Of a stretch of DNA of 64,000 nucleotides, positions 11,038 to 21,808 are shown one piece after another. How positions within the stretch are numbered: position 1 is the stretch's first letter; the number at the start of each line of letters is the position of its first letter. The notes beneath the pieces are model-generated. The model was not told where the DNA came from and did no database searches. It worked only from the letters and a program-made list of their open reading frames with translations. Source of the DNA: Tubulanus polymorphus (Eukaryota; Animalia; Nemertea); assembly GCF_964204645.1 (NCBI RefSeq), contig NC_134029.1:22314950-22378949 (forward strand), written 5' to 3'. Both the position numbers and the translations under genes were made by a program.

Positions 11038-11095
11038 TGACGTCAATTTATTGATAAGCAGCGGCCTTATCGATTGGTACTGCAATAATGGCGGC
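11038..11095 (+). promoter_or_regulatory. Candidate promoter of the guanylate cyclase gene (CRE palindrome, YY1-like motif)
   Basis: TGACGTCA at 11038-11045 and AATGGCGG near 11087, in a locally CpG-richer patch upstream of the first coding exon. Confidence 0.35.
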
Positions 11096-11689
11096 TGTCG
11101 CTTCATATTCTGCACTATACTGCCGCGTCTAGTAGGCTTACATTACGGTACGTAATAGAATACGTCAAAGCATACATATTTGTTGTTGTTTTTTGAGATA
11201 AACGAGGTTATTTGGATAAGCGTATACAATTGTAACTGATATGTATTCTGGAGACCGGCGTTAGTAATAGGTGTTAGCTAATGAAGCTTACCAAAGGTGA
11301 TTATCCGTCAAATTTCCGTGTAGTATCTCATAGTGCTACTGTGATTTTTGATTGCTTAGTTTATAATATATCATTCAGTCTTGTAAACTGGGATTTAGCT
11401 GTTGGCAAATATCAAAAATATATATGATGATGCATCAGTACGGTACGTAGGATTTCACGGGTATCTAGCTCGATAAGAGGGAAGTCTCTTGTTGCGGGAG
11501 CCTCTAGATATATTATATGTTATTTTGCAAACAACAGAACAGAGCCAGATGGCATTATACATGAACATATTTCTTCATGAAAAATACATTCTTTATCTTT
11601 TACTCGATCTCGAAAAACGTATTCGACTCACTGACATATTGCTGATGATTTAACTATCATAAACATTTTTTTTTTCATTTTCAAAGACG

Positions 11690-14600
11690 ATGAAGCATAA
11701 ATCAACTAAGCTACTGAGCCGATCGAAATCGTTGGAATACTTCGATGAATCGCCGATCGACGAAAGTCCACCAGCCGCCGACTTCCGCCGGAAAAGCATC
11801 TGCGTACCTCGGTTGAATCCGGAAAGTAGGCGAGGTTCACGATGCGACACGATTCATTCCTCGCGTGCCGGTAGCCTGTGTTACTATAGACACAGAAAGA
11901 GAAACTGCTTCATTGAGGTGAGCTACTAAAACATCATCTGCAGCCTGTTGGCGATACCGAAAGAAAGCGATGAAAAGTAGTAAGGCATCAGGGCCCAGTT
12001 TCACAGAAAAGTTAAACTCAAATTTTTGGTGTAATTGCCATTGGTAACTTCATATCTTCAATGAGGACAACAATTTAAACTTAACTGTTTTAGGCTTAAA
12101 CTTTTTCGTGAAACTGGGCCCTGGGATGACGAACATGATCGTATATATCTTTTATGAATACAAACATATGAAGGTATAGATTCATTTTAGGTATTTCACA
12201 ATCATAGTTTTAAGATGAATTTCAATCGTTAACCGATCTTGTAGTCATCGTAAATGGGAAAAAGAGACTTAGGCGTGTGTGCTGATATAAACATCTCGAG
12301 AAATTATCTTCAGACAATGTATTACCCGTTACATCGCCGCTGTCTTAACATTTCCAGTACCGAAGTAAGGCATGGGAATCTATGAATTCACCCATTATTT
12401 CAAAAGCATTAGATTTTGATGAACTCTCGCTTTTTGAAAAATAACATGTAGTTGCCGTTATTTCTTAAAATGTCTTATTTACATTTTTTCAATGTTTGCT
12501 ATGCAATGTCTGATCCTTCTCTTTCGAGTTCGCTGTTATTCCTATATAATGCGTTTTTCGTATTGTTCCGATGTGTTTTACTTACTATGGCTCTCTTTGG
12601 TTGTAACCAGATAATAGATAGTTTCCTTCCTGTCGCGAAAATTCTACGGTCATTAATCTTGATTTGTTTACACGCGGCGACGGCAGTGGTGCTGATTTCC
12701 AGGTCCTCTATGCGGTTGTTATCCGCGTGTAGTCTATCCCTTCTCACCTCACTCGGACAAACAATACGGGTCTACACTTGAAGGAACTGCGCAGCGTTTC
12801 TTATCAGCACTGTTCGGGAAAAAAAATTTATTTTCCTGTGCCTTTTGAAGAAGGGTAACCACCGAGATATTCGCCGTCATATTCCTTTGGGCCTTTCGGG
12901 TGTTATCGTTATAAGTACAGTAAGCGTGTGGAGCATGTTGTATGCGTTGTTGCATTAGTTGTCATGTCATCGCCGGATAAAGACGACGTCTGTTCGGATT
13001 TGTTGAACGATGGAATACGATACGGAGCGTCGCGGCGATTTTCGCTGTCAGGGGCTGAAGCCTGGACAAGGCCTCCTTCACCTAGCGTGGGAACGGTCCA
13101 GTCAGACAATGGACGGATGGGAGATCGACCGGCGACGAAAAGATCATTCTCAATCGCTGGATCAAAAGTTGAGTCTACTCTGAGGGAAGGCTTTCGGAGC
13201 AGTGAGTCTGTATCGCCGAGGAGATTCTCCCTGTTTTCGAAAGACGGGAATAATCTAGCATATTCAGCCGCTGTTTTAAATAAATTTCGGAGAAAGGTGA
13301 GGTTGAATGTGTAATAGCCATAAATGATGATATTCAGATATCAATTTTCATCACATTACGAGTCGAAATGATACTTAGTCTTCATTTATTTTTGCGGATA
13401 TGAATTAGTGAAGTTTAAAAAAATGTGTCGGCGATTATCAGAAATTTTGAAAATTTGTGAAGTTACTGCGCAATACAATCATCATAAAGTTACATCCATC
13501 CTTAGTGAAATGATTCTTATAAAATGTAGCGACACAGCGATAGTCTCTTGTATGTATTGCAATAGTAATGGTTGCTTATTAACGAAGGTCTCGCTGGGGT
13601 TGGTGTCAGTGTATATTAATAGTGTTTTAATTAGCAAGGGCGGTTTCCATTGTGAGATCATATACTAAGAGTCGATTATGTTTATCAACGGCTTACGAAC
13701 GTGCATATCAATATCAATATTCGAACGGCAAAATAACCTTCCGAAAATTTGATTCAAATTTTCTTAATATTCTTAACCAAGCCATAATTTCGCAATATCT
13801 ATGTCGTAAGTTTTCTCTGGAAAAATTGAATGATGTTGGTCATTCTGTAGAAGCATACATTAGATCTCTATAACAAATTCGAAAAATTAACTTTTTTCGT
13901 CACTTTTTGATTATTCTTACAGCAAGGTTTTGTGAAACAAGCTCTAGAAAGATTGGTGGTCAGAAACTACGGCGACGATGTATGGGATCAGATTAGGTAG
14001 CCACTATACAGTACTGTGTATTATGAATTCGAGTCAATCTGGACTCGAAAGAAAACTTTTGATTCTTATACATTTATATATACATGTATTTCAGCCGCAA
14101 GATTTTCTCGAAATCTCGTGAAAGATTGGAATCGGAATTTCTATCGAGTTTACTGAACGATGATCAATTGGCATTTGATATCGTGGAAACTGCATCGCAA
14201 ATTATCAGTAAGATCTATTGTGGAATACACGGACTACACAAAGCGGATGGAATAAATATTTCAATAACGAGGTGTTTTCTATTTCAGAAATACCAAAATG
14301 TAAAATCTGGGAAATGTTTGGCGAGATGTTTTTCGAGTTCTGTGAGGAATCTGGCTACGATAAAATTCTACAAGTACTAGGCGGCACACTAATGGAATTC
14401 CTTCAAAACCTCGATGCTTTACACGACCACCTATCTACGATCTACCCGGGAATGCGCACTCCTAGTTTCCGCTGCCTCGAACGAAAAGATGGCTCCATTT
14501 TGCTGCATTTCCAGTCGGATCGAGAAGGCTTGGAATACATAGTTGTGGGTTTGGTGAAATCAGTCGCGCGTGAACTGCACAGTAAAGAGGTCAACGTAGA

Positions 14601-16554
14601 AATCGTAAGCAATTCCGAATTCAACGATTCATATATACAGTTCTTGATAACGGAAAAGACTTGTTCAGATTCACCACTAAGTCCCGGTCCGGTACCGTCG
14701 CATACACGACTTACTGATGATTACGGCGGACTGATTGGCAATCAACCGTTAATAAGTCCTCAAACATTCTGCAAGTTATTGCCGTTTCACGTAATTTTCA
14801 ATCGAAGATTGAAAGTCACACAGGTCGGGAATTCGCTGTCTAGAGTTATACCAGAAATAGATGAGCCCAGATATACCATGAAATCGTTGTTTGAGATTTA
14901 TCGTCCGTGTATCGAGTTTAACTTTGATATGATCGTTCAACACTCGAGCGCTGTGTTCGTCGTGCGGGTCAAACCGAACAAGATTCGCAAGTGTCCGATG
15001 TCGGGTTCGAACGAATCGCTCGAGGCCGAGGAACCGGAGACGGCCGATCGCTCCAAATTGCGGCTGAAAGGGCAAATGTTGTATATTCCGGAATCGGATT
15101 TGATCGCATTTCTCTGCTCTCCTTACATCAGCAACCTGGAAGATCTTCACGAACGTGGACTGTACCTGAGCGACATTCCGGTCCACGATGCTACCAGAGA
15201 TCTAGTACTATTGAGCGAACAGTTTCGTGCCGAATACGAACTTACTCAACGATTAGAAACGATGACCGAAAGACTTCAACAAACTTACAAAGAACTAGAA
15301 ATCGAGAAACAATTGACCGATAAGTTGGTATATTCTATATTACCACCTTCAGTAGCGAATGAACTAAGAGTTGGACACGCAGTCGAAGCCGTCAAATATG
15401 ACTTGATAACATTACTGTTTAGTGGTCTGTGTGATTTTAACGAAATATGTGAAAGAAGTTCCCCGAGAACAATAGTCGATTTGCTGAATGATTTGTATAC
15501 TAAATTTGATATGATTTCAGACCCTAAAGTTTACAATGTCTATAAGGTAAGTATCGACGGGATATCGAAATCGCTACGTGATCTGGTATGAGATACGCGT
15601 GTCGTTATCTTTAAGGTTGAAACTGCCGGAGATAAATATTTGGTGGCAAGCGGTCTTCCAGAATGGACATCTTCCCACGCTCGTAACATAGCACTCCTGG
15701 CACTAGAGATGGTGGACATAGCGAAAGAGATAGTTATCAACGGTATTCAAGTGAAAGTACGTCGATTACGAAGAATTCAATAGAAATAAGAGAATGGGAG
15801 AAAGGGAGTGTGTATGAATGAATATACTTATATCCATAGATTTCCTCAGATGCAAATCCGTTGCATATCTATGGTATTCTTTAAACAATTTCAGCTCGCT
15901 ATCGGGATTCATACCGGGGAGGCTGTAGCTGGTGTGATTGGACAGAAACTGCCTCGATATTGTGTTTTCGGGGATACTGTAAATATTGCCAGCCGAATGG
16001 AAACTCACAGCGAAGCGAACAGCATCAACGTATCCGAAGTCACTCAGCGGTGAGTAACGTCCCAGGTAGGCCGCTGTATGAAGACTCGGAATTTACTAAT
16101 CCGTTCCCTTAATCCTTTATTCGAAGATATCTCCAAGAGTCGGAAAACTTCGACCCGACGTTCGAATTTAAGGAACGTGGACCGATCAAAATCAAAGGTA
16201 AAACCAAGCCGATAATCTGTTACTATTTGACGAGAAAACCACGAAATCTGCCGGCTTTACAGATGTTACTAGAAAGTGGGCTGGTAATACGAGATCCAGA
16301 TGACCCGGCACCAAGTAAGTTACCTCTGTTTATACGGAATTTAATCACGGGTCTCGCAGTGTATAATGTCATATCTTACTCTATTTTCAGTCGACTTGTT
16401 ACAGCGCAGACGGAGAAGCGAAACGTTGTTCCGGTTCCACGAAATGCCGCGCAGTAATCGACGATTGAGTGACTTCCCGTGCCCTCCGTCACCAAAACCC
16501 TTCGACATTCCGACTATCTGCGTCGATAGTGCTACAACTAACAATAGCGACTGA
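11690..16554 (+). CDS. GUCY1B1: Soluble guanylate cyclase beta-1-like (H-NOX, HNOBA/PAS, coiled coil, cyclase domain)
   Basis: Core exons 13923-13996, 14095-14207, 14288-15546, 15616-15756, 15895-16049, 16127-16314 and 16391-16554. Motifs [72 protein letters not shown] and [11 protein letters not shown]. The first coding exon is uncertain (11690-11917 or 12964-13296). Confidence 0.88.
11989..12123. mobile_element. MITE-like element, 135 bp with 16-bp TIR
   Basis: CAGGGCCCAGTTTCAC ... GTGAAACTGGGCCCTG. A diverged inverted copy lies at ~23976-24108. Confidence 0.8.
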
Positions 16555-16967
16555 ACGATGACCATCAAATAAATAATTTGGGTTTGGTTTTTTATTTCAA
16601 GAACTTATGAACTTACGACCAGCCTGAACGATGATAACTCCATGGCTCTATCTAAATATGTATATTTAGTGTTGGTGTTAATTTGTTTACGTATTTTAGT
16701 TTTGTAGAGTTTAATATAAATGTTAATACGATCGATGGAGATATAATAAATATTACATAGATGTTTAAAAGTTGTTTGATTCGGTTTTCGCTTGCATCAA
16801 TTGATTATCGAGGACTATAGTACATGTTCTTCGGTAACTAAAATCAAATTTAAATGGGATTCTAATGACAAATTAATTCTGCGACTAGCTCTTAAGAAAA
16901 AATCCCATTGCGAATTATCGTTGACGCTTGGACGACCGTTTAATCAATAGGTTTGAACCAAGTATCT

Positions 16968-16988
16968 GTCTCTGTGGCGCAATAGGTC

Positions 16989-17034
<46 letters not shown>

Positions 17035-17041
17035 AGGGACG
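16968..17041 (+). tRNA. trnN: tRNA-Asn (anticodon GTT)
   Basis: GTCTCTGTGGCGCAATAGGTCAGCGCG-TTCGG-CTGTTAA-CCGAA-AGGTTGGTGGTTCAAGCCCACCCAGGGACG folds as a cloverleaf with A and B boxes, and a T-run Pol III terminator follows at ~17049-17054. Confidence 0.96.
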
Positions 17042-18705
17042 CTTCAACCTTTTTGATTTTCTATATCTTTGGTCAAATGATGTATGTGGATGTGAACATG
17101 ACGTCTATGCCGAATCGAATTAGAGAATAAATATGTTCTACAAAAGGGGTAGAACTTCTATCCATTTTATATTTACTGGAGACAACTTCTAATGCAAAAT
17201 ACAATCCAATAAAGATACAAACACCATTTTTGACCAAAAGTAGAACCAAACCTTGCATGGCTCACCAAGCATAAAAAGGTGAAAAGCAACTCTGGTTCGG
17301 ACACAAGTAGCCTACGTGCGTATTATTTGTTTATATATTGTTAACAAATAGACGAGCTGACAATCTGAACAAATTACATAGTTTTGAACCATTTGTAACG
17401 GAAATGGTATTTTCAACGTAAGGTGGAACCAAATATTTTGTAGGCCTACTCAGCGCTCGTAGGCAGCCGCGTCAGGCACCCTCTCCCCTTATTGTGGGAT
17501 TTTCTACATAGTATGGCCACAAGCAACACGGGTCGTGAAATTAATCGTCGAGAAAAAGTCTCCTCAAAATTGGCCGCCCGACCCGGCCGCGAGCAATGCC
17601 GATTTTGATATTTGTGTATATGGTCCTGCTTTATTGTATTTGGTTGGAGACCTGGAGATGCCACCTTGAGCACTACATCATTTCCATAGCACTGGTCGAA
17701 CGGTGTTAAGTCGAAAATTTGTTATGTCATTTTATCTCTTTGAGGCACAATTTAGGTACTTTCTTTCATTATCAAAGGGCCCTGGCACTTGAGGCCGCTG
17801 GGATGAGCGGCCCGCGGCCGGAGATCGGTACGAGTCATTTATTGTTTTCTGTAGGACCTATCATGATATATAAAAATCGGTTTTGCAATATTCTTATATT
17901 CGTGTTATTTCTCTAGATTAGCCAGCTCTTTCAATCATCCAATTCATTTCATAAACGAAAATAATGGCTCGCGATTTACCACAATAAAACTGAATTGATA
18001 ATTGAAATGATACGTTAAAATGAATCGGTTACAAAGAGACCGATTCTCTGACCCGCGATCGATTTCGACAGTGGTCCACACCCGGAAGTTAATGATGGTG
18101 TCAAGCAATTAATTCCATTTTTCTTTATTTATTTGCGTGAAGGTAATTAATAGGGCCTACTGATTAGATGATCGTGTTAAGAATATTTACTTGACGCCAC
18201 AGAACTGTCAGTCCTAGGTCTCTAAGAGTCATAATTGTGGCCAATTAGAGATGCAGCTTTTGCCGTTGTTTTTTTGGCCTCGTCGTTTAGTTTTTATCAT
18301 CCGTTGCTGGTTAATTTGACTTTAGGAGAATCAGACAATGTCGATAGTCAATATGGTAGATATTTATTTTGCCATATTCAGGCCGCTTTGTGCTTCACTG
18401 TTGTATTCCCCTCCCAACAATGTATTTCTGCAGTATGTAAAAATGCTGACAGTGAGAAATCACCGTTTTGATTATACAGATTCTGTAGGCCTACGTGATG
18501 AGCTCTAGTGTAATAGAAGAAAATTTCATGCCCATTGAGGCCTATTGGCAAAATATCTATTTCCAATCAATATTTCGATATCATCTACTCTCTCCGTCTG
18601 AAACTCGGCCTCTGAAACTCGGCCTCTGTCGTACTATAACTTGTTGTTCAATGTACGAAAAAATTTATGCTCCTAATTTCAGGTCATTGAATAACGATTG
18701 CAGAT

Positions 18706-20670
18706 ATGGCTACAGATCTGGCTGATCGCCCACGACAACAAGCCTCCGTGAAATCGTCATCGGACAGTTACGCGCTGACGCGTAAAGTGTTTAAAGCAGC
18801 GCGGGACGGGATGGCGATCAGTTTATACGCGTTACTGTGCAGTAAAACCCCGGACGAGATTCACGAAGCTTTGACGTATCAATCAGAAGAAGACGGACAG
18901 AAAACGACTCCTTTGATTATATCGGCGCGTAACGGTCACGCGAGGGTCGTGCGATTATTACTGAAAAACTTCGAAGTCGACATCGAACAAACGGGCACCG
19001 TTAAATTCGACGGCTTCGTAATCGAAGGCGCGACGTCGCTGTGGTGCGCGGCCGGCGCCGGCTGCTTCGAGGTCGTGCGGATCCTCGTCGAGTTTGGCGC
19101 CGACGTCAACCACGCGACGCTGTCGAATTCGACCCCGTTGCGCGCGGCTTGCTTCGACGGCCGTTTGGAAATCGTGAAGTTTCTCTTGTGCCACGACGCG
19201 AAGTTGACGATCGCGAATAAATACGAGAATACGTGTTTGATGATTTCGTCATATAAGGGACATCACGATGTTGTTAGCGCCCTGCTGGAGGCCGGTGCCG
19301 ATACGGACGCTCGAGCGCACTGCGGAGCAACGGCGTTACACTTCGCAGCCGAATGCGGACATTTAAACATCGTCAAAACGCTCATTCAGCACGGCGCTTC
19401 GTTTATAAAAAATACGAATAATATGGATCCGTTGATGGTCGCGGCGGAAAACTGTCAGACGGAGGTCGTCGAGTATTTCATATCCGGCTCGTTGGATAAC
19501 ATCACGATTGAGCGACGAATCGAGGCGTTAGAATTGATGGGGACGGTTTTCGCGAACGACAAGGACCACTACAGCATCGAGAAAGCGTATAATTACATGT
19601 GGCTGGCGATGGTCGAACGCAACGCGGCGAGCATCGGCGCTAAAACGCGTAACCAACCGATCGCCGCGTATCGGAACCACGTCGAGTGTCAGAGCCTCGA
19701 CGAGTTAGTCGCGATCGAACACGACCACGATTCGCTGCACATGGAATCTCTAGTCATACGCGAACGCATTCTCGGCGAGGACAACGCCGAGTTGACGCAT
19801 CCGATTATCTTCCGCGGCGCCGTGTTCGCCGATCAGGCCCTGTTCGATCGTTGCATCGCCCTCTGGATGCACGCGTTGAAACTACGTCGTCGTAACTCGC
19901 GCGCGATCGGTAAAGATTTGCTGCGTTTCGCGCAGGTTTTCTCGCAGATGATTCACCTGGGCGTGAATTTGAACTTCGACGACGTTTACCTCGTTTTGGA
20001 GTTCTGCATAAACCAACTGGAGAAGGATTGGCGAACGAAGGGGTCGTGGGCGCCAACCGAGGCCATGTCCTCCATGTCGTTGTCGTTGAAGGGGAAAGAT
20101 CCGTTGGAATATGACGTACACACGGCTCTTTATCTGATCGCGTTGATTTGTAAAATTAAAATCAACAAAGCTCAAGAATTTCAAGTTTGTAAACTCGTTT
20201 ATAGATTCACTCAGATGGAGATTCGTTTGAAGAATGGATTCACCCCGTTGCACATGGCCGCGTGCTCGACTACGATGGTCGATGACTTCCACGTGGCGGA
20301 CGTCGTCGGGTTTCCGAGCGCGCCGATTACGAAATTGCTGATCACGTGCGGCGCCGATGTGAACGCGCGTGACAACGCCGGAAACACGGCGCTTCACGTC
20401 ATCGTCCAGTACGACAAGCCGATCAGCGATTTTCTAACTTTACACTCGATTATCGTGTTATTGTGCGAGTATAACGCACACACCGACCTCGCGAACTACA
20501 GGGGCAAATCAGCGATGGAAACCTGCACGACGGGCGTCGCCGAAATCATCCTCAGAACAATGAGAAATGTGTCGCTTAAATGTCTGGCGGCGAAGGTCAT
20601 CAAGAAGAACAATGTGCCGTATAAAGGGGAAATTCCTGTTCCTCTCGAAGAGTTCATCGAATTACATTAA
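18706..20670 (+). CDS. FEM1B: Protein fem-1 homolog B (ankyrin/TPR substrate receptor of CRL2 E3 ligase), single coding exon
   Basis: 654-aa ORF with TPLIISARNGH, GATSLWCAAGAG, NSTPLRAACFDGRL, ARAHCGATALH, HPIIFRGAVFAD, KDLLRFAQVFSQM and a C-terminal BC box SLKCLAAKVI. Confidence 0.95.
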   Translation: MATDLADRPRQQASVKSSSDSYALTRKVFKAARDGMAISLYALLCSKTPDEIHEALTYQSEEDGQKTTPLIISARNGHARVVRLLLKNFEVDIEQTGTVKFDGFVIEGATSLWCAAGAGCFEVVRILVEFGADVNHATLSNSTPLRAACFDGRLEIVKFLLCHDAKLTIANKYENTCLMISSYKGHHDVVSALLEAGADTDARAHCGATALHFAAECGHLNIVKTLIQHGASFIKNTNNMDPLMVAAENCQTEVVEYFISGSLDNITIERRIEALELMGTVFANDKDHYSIEKAYNYMWLAMVERNAASIGAKTRNQPIAAYRNHVECQSLDELVAIEHDHDSLHMESLVIRERILGEDNAELTHPIIFRGAVFADQALFDRCIALWMHALKLRRRNSRAIGKDLLRFAQVFSQMIHLGVNLNFDDVYLVLEFCINQLEKDWRTKGSWAPTEAMSSMSLSLKGKDPLEYDVHTALYLIALICKIKINKAQEFQVCKLVYRFTQMEIRLKNGFTPLHMAACSTTMVDDFHVADVVGFPSAPITKLLITCGADVNARDNAGNTALHVIVQYDKPISDFLTLHSIIVLLCEYNAHTDLANYRGKSAMETCTTGVAEIILRTMRNVSLKCLAAKVIKKNNVPYKGEIPVPLEEFIELH

Positions 20671-20782
20671 TGTTGATATAAACAAGATCTTTCTGTTTCG
20701 TAATCATGACATTAGTTATTAGTTAACTGTACCGATGAATTTTATATTAATGGTAAATTGTTAAGCCGGTGAGGTGTGTGTA

Positions 20783-21098
20783 TAGTAGACTCTGCTTGCC
20801 TTAGATATCCCAGTACTAATAAATTCTCATCTTCTCGGGATATGAGATCCTCCATTGTCAGTATTCTGCGTCAAAGTATGATATCCCTGTTTGCATTTAA
20901 GTTTCTAATCAAGCAACCGCAGGATATCTAATAATGGAATCAAGAATTTCCTGTATCCTGTCGGGATAGTTTTTTATTTCAGTTATAAGTAACCCAAAAG
21001 TTAAGTAATTTCGGGATACTGCTTAAATCAAGCAGCGTTGGAGCAAGAAAATTTGTCAGACCAGGCAATTGACTCTGGGGTAAGCTATGTCTACTTTA
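20783..21098. mobile_element. Degenerate Tc1/mariner-type MITE in the FEM1B 3' region, related to 36128-36311
   Basis: Ends tagtagactctgcttgcc...ggggtaagctatgtctacttta resemble the termini of the element at 36128. Confidence 0.45.
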
Positions 21099-21808
21099 GT
21101 GCGTTTCAATTCTTTTGATATTTCCTTAAGAATGAATGAATTTAAAGTGCTCAGATTATTTATTTGAAGAGTTTATAAATATATGTGTTAAATTTGCTGA
21201 AAAAATAGATTGTCATCTATGTCTTAATTATTTACTTCATGTGCCTTGCTCCTGTCTTAGAATACATGATGAATCTAATACTAAGAGGTAAATGGTATGA
21301 ACTCCTCTAAACATTTGTTGTTTTTGAATAGTTTTCTTTTGGCATTAAATTATGCATGAATTCTTCATATTGAAATTATTGGAGTTGTTTAGATTTTTTG
21401 TATCTGGTGGAAAGATTTGAACATCGGTATAATATCCTTGTTTGGAACTAGAGATGCTCACAATGAAAATGCTGAAAACTTTGTTTTGTTACATCAAAAG
21501 TGATTTTATTTACATAAAGGAAAAATGTCCTTATACATTATACACAAACAAGATGAGACCACAAAAAAAAAAAAGATTTATATCAACCAACAATTATAGT
21601 CAAATTCATCAGAATTAATTAGAACAAAGATTGAAGCCACTGTTTTAAGTGACCGAATAAAAGTCCATAGTGCTTCTTAATGAAACAATGAATTCATAAT
21701 AAAACATGAAATATGCCGCCAATGCATTCTCTCAGTGAGTAGAATGTCTAGCCTGAACAGTTATTACATCATATGCATATGATCAATTGTCATGATACAT
21801 TAGTTATT

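Noticed and set aside
14524-14545. O2-sensing atypical sGC (Gyc-88E/GCY-35 type), suggested by the Tyr in GLEYIV
   Set aside because: By register from the SxR motif the Tyr sits at position 144 and the distal-pocket position 145 is Ile. The cyclase motifs are beta-1 type.
18958-20397. Overlapping and antisense ORFs within FEM1B, and horizontal origin of FEM1B
   Set aside because: These are shadow ORFs expected in GC-rich coding DNA, and the protein is a typical metazoan FEM1B.
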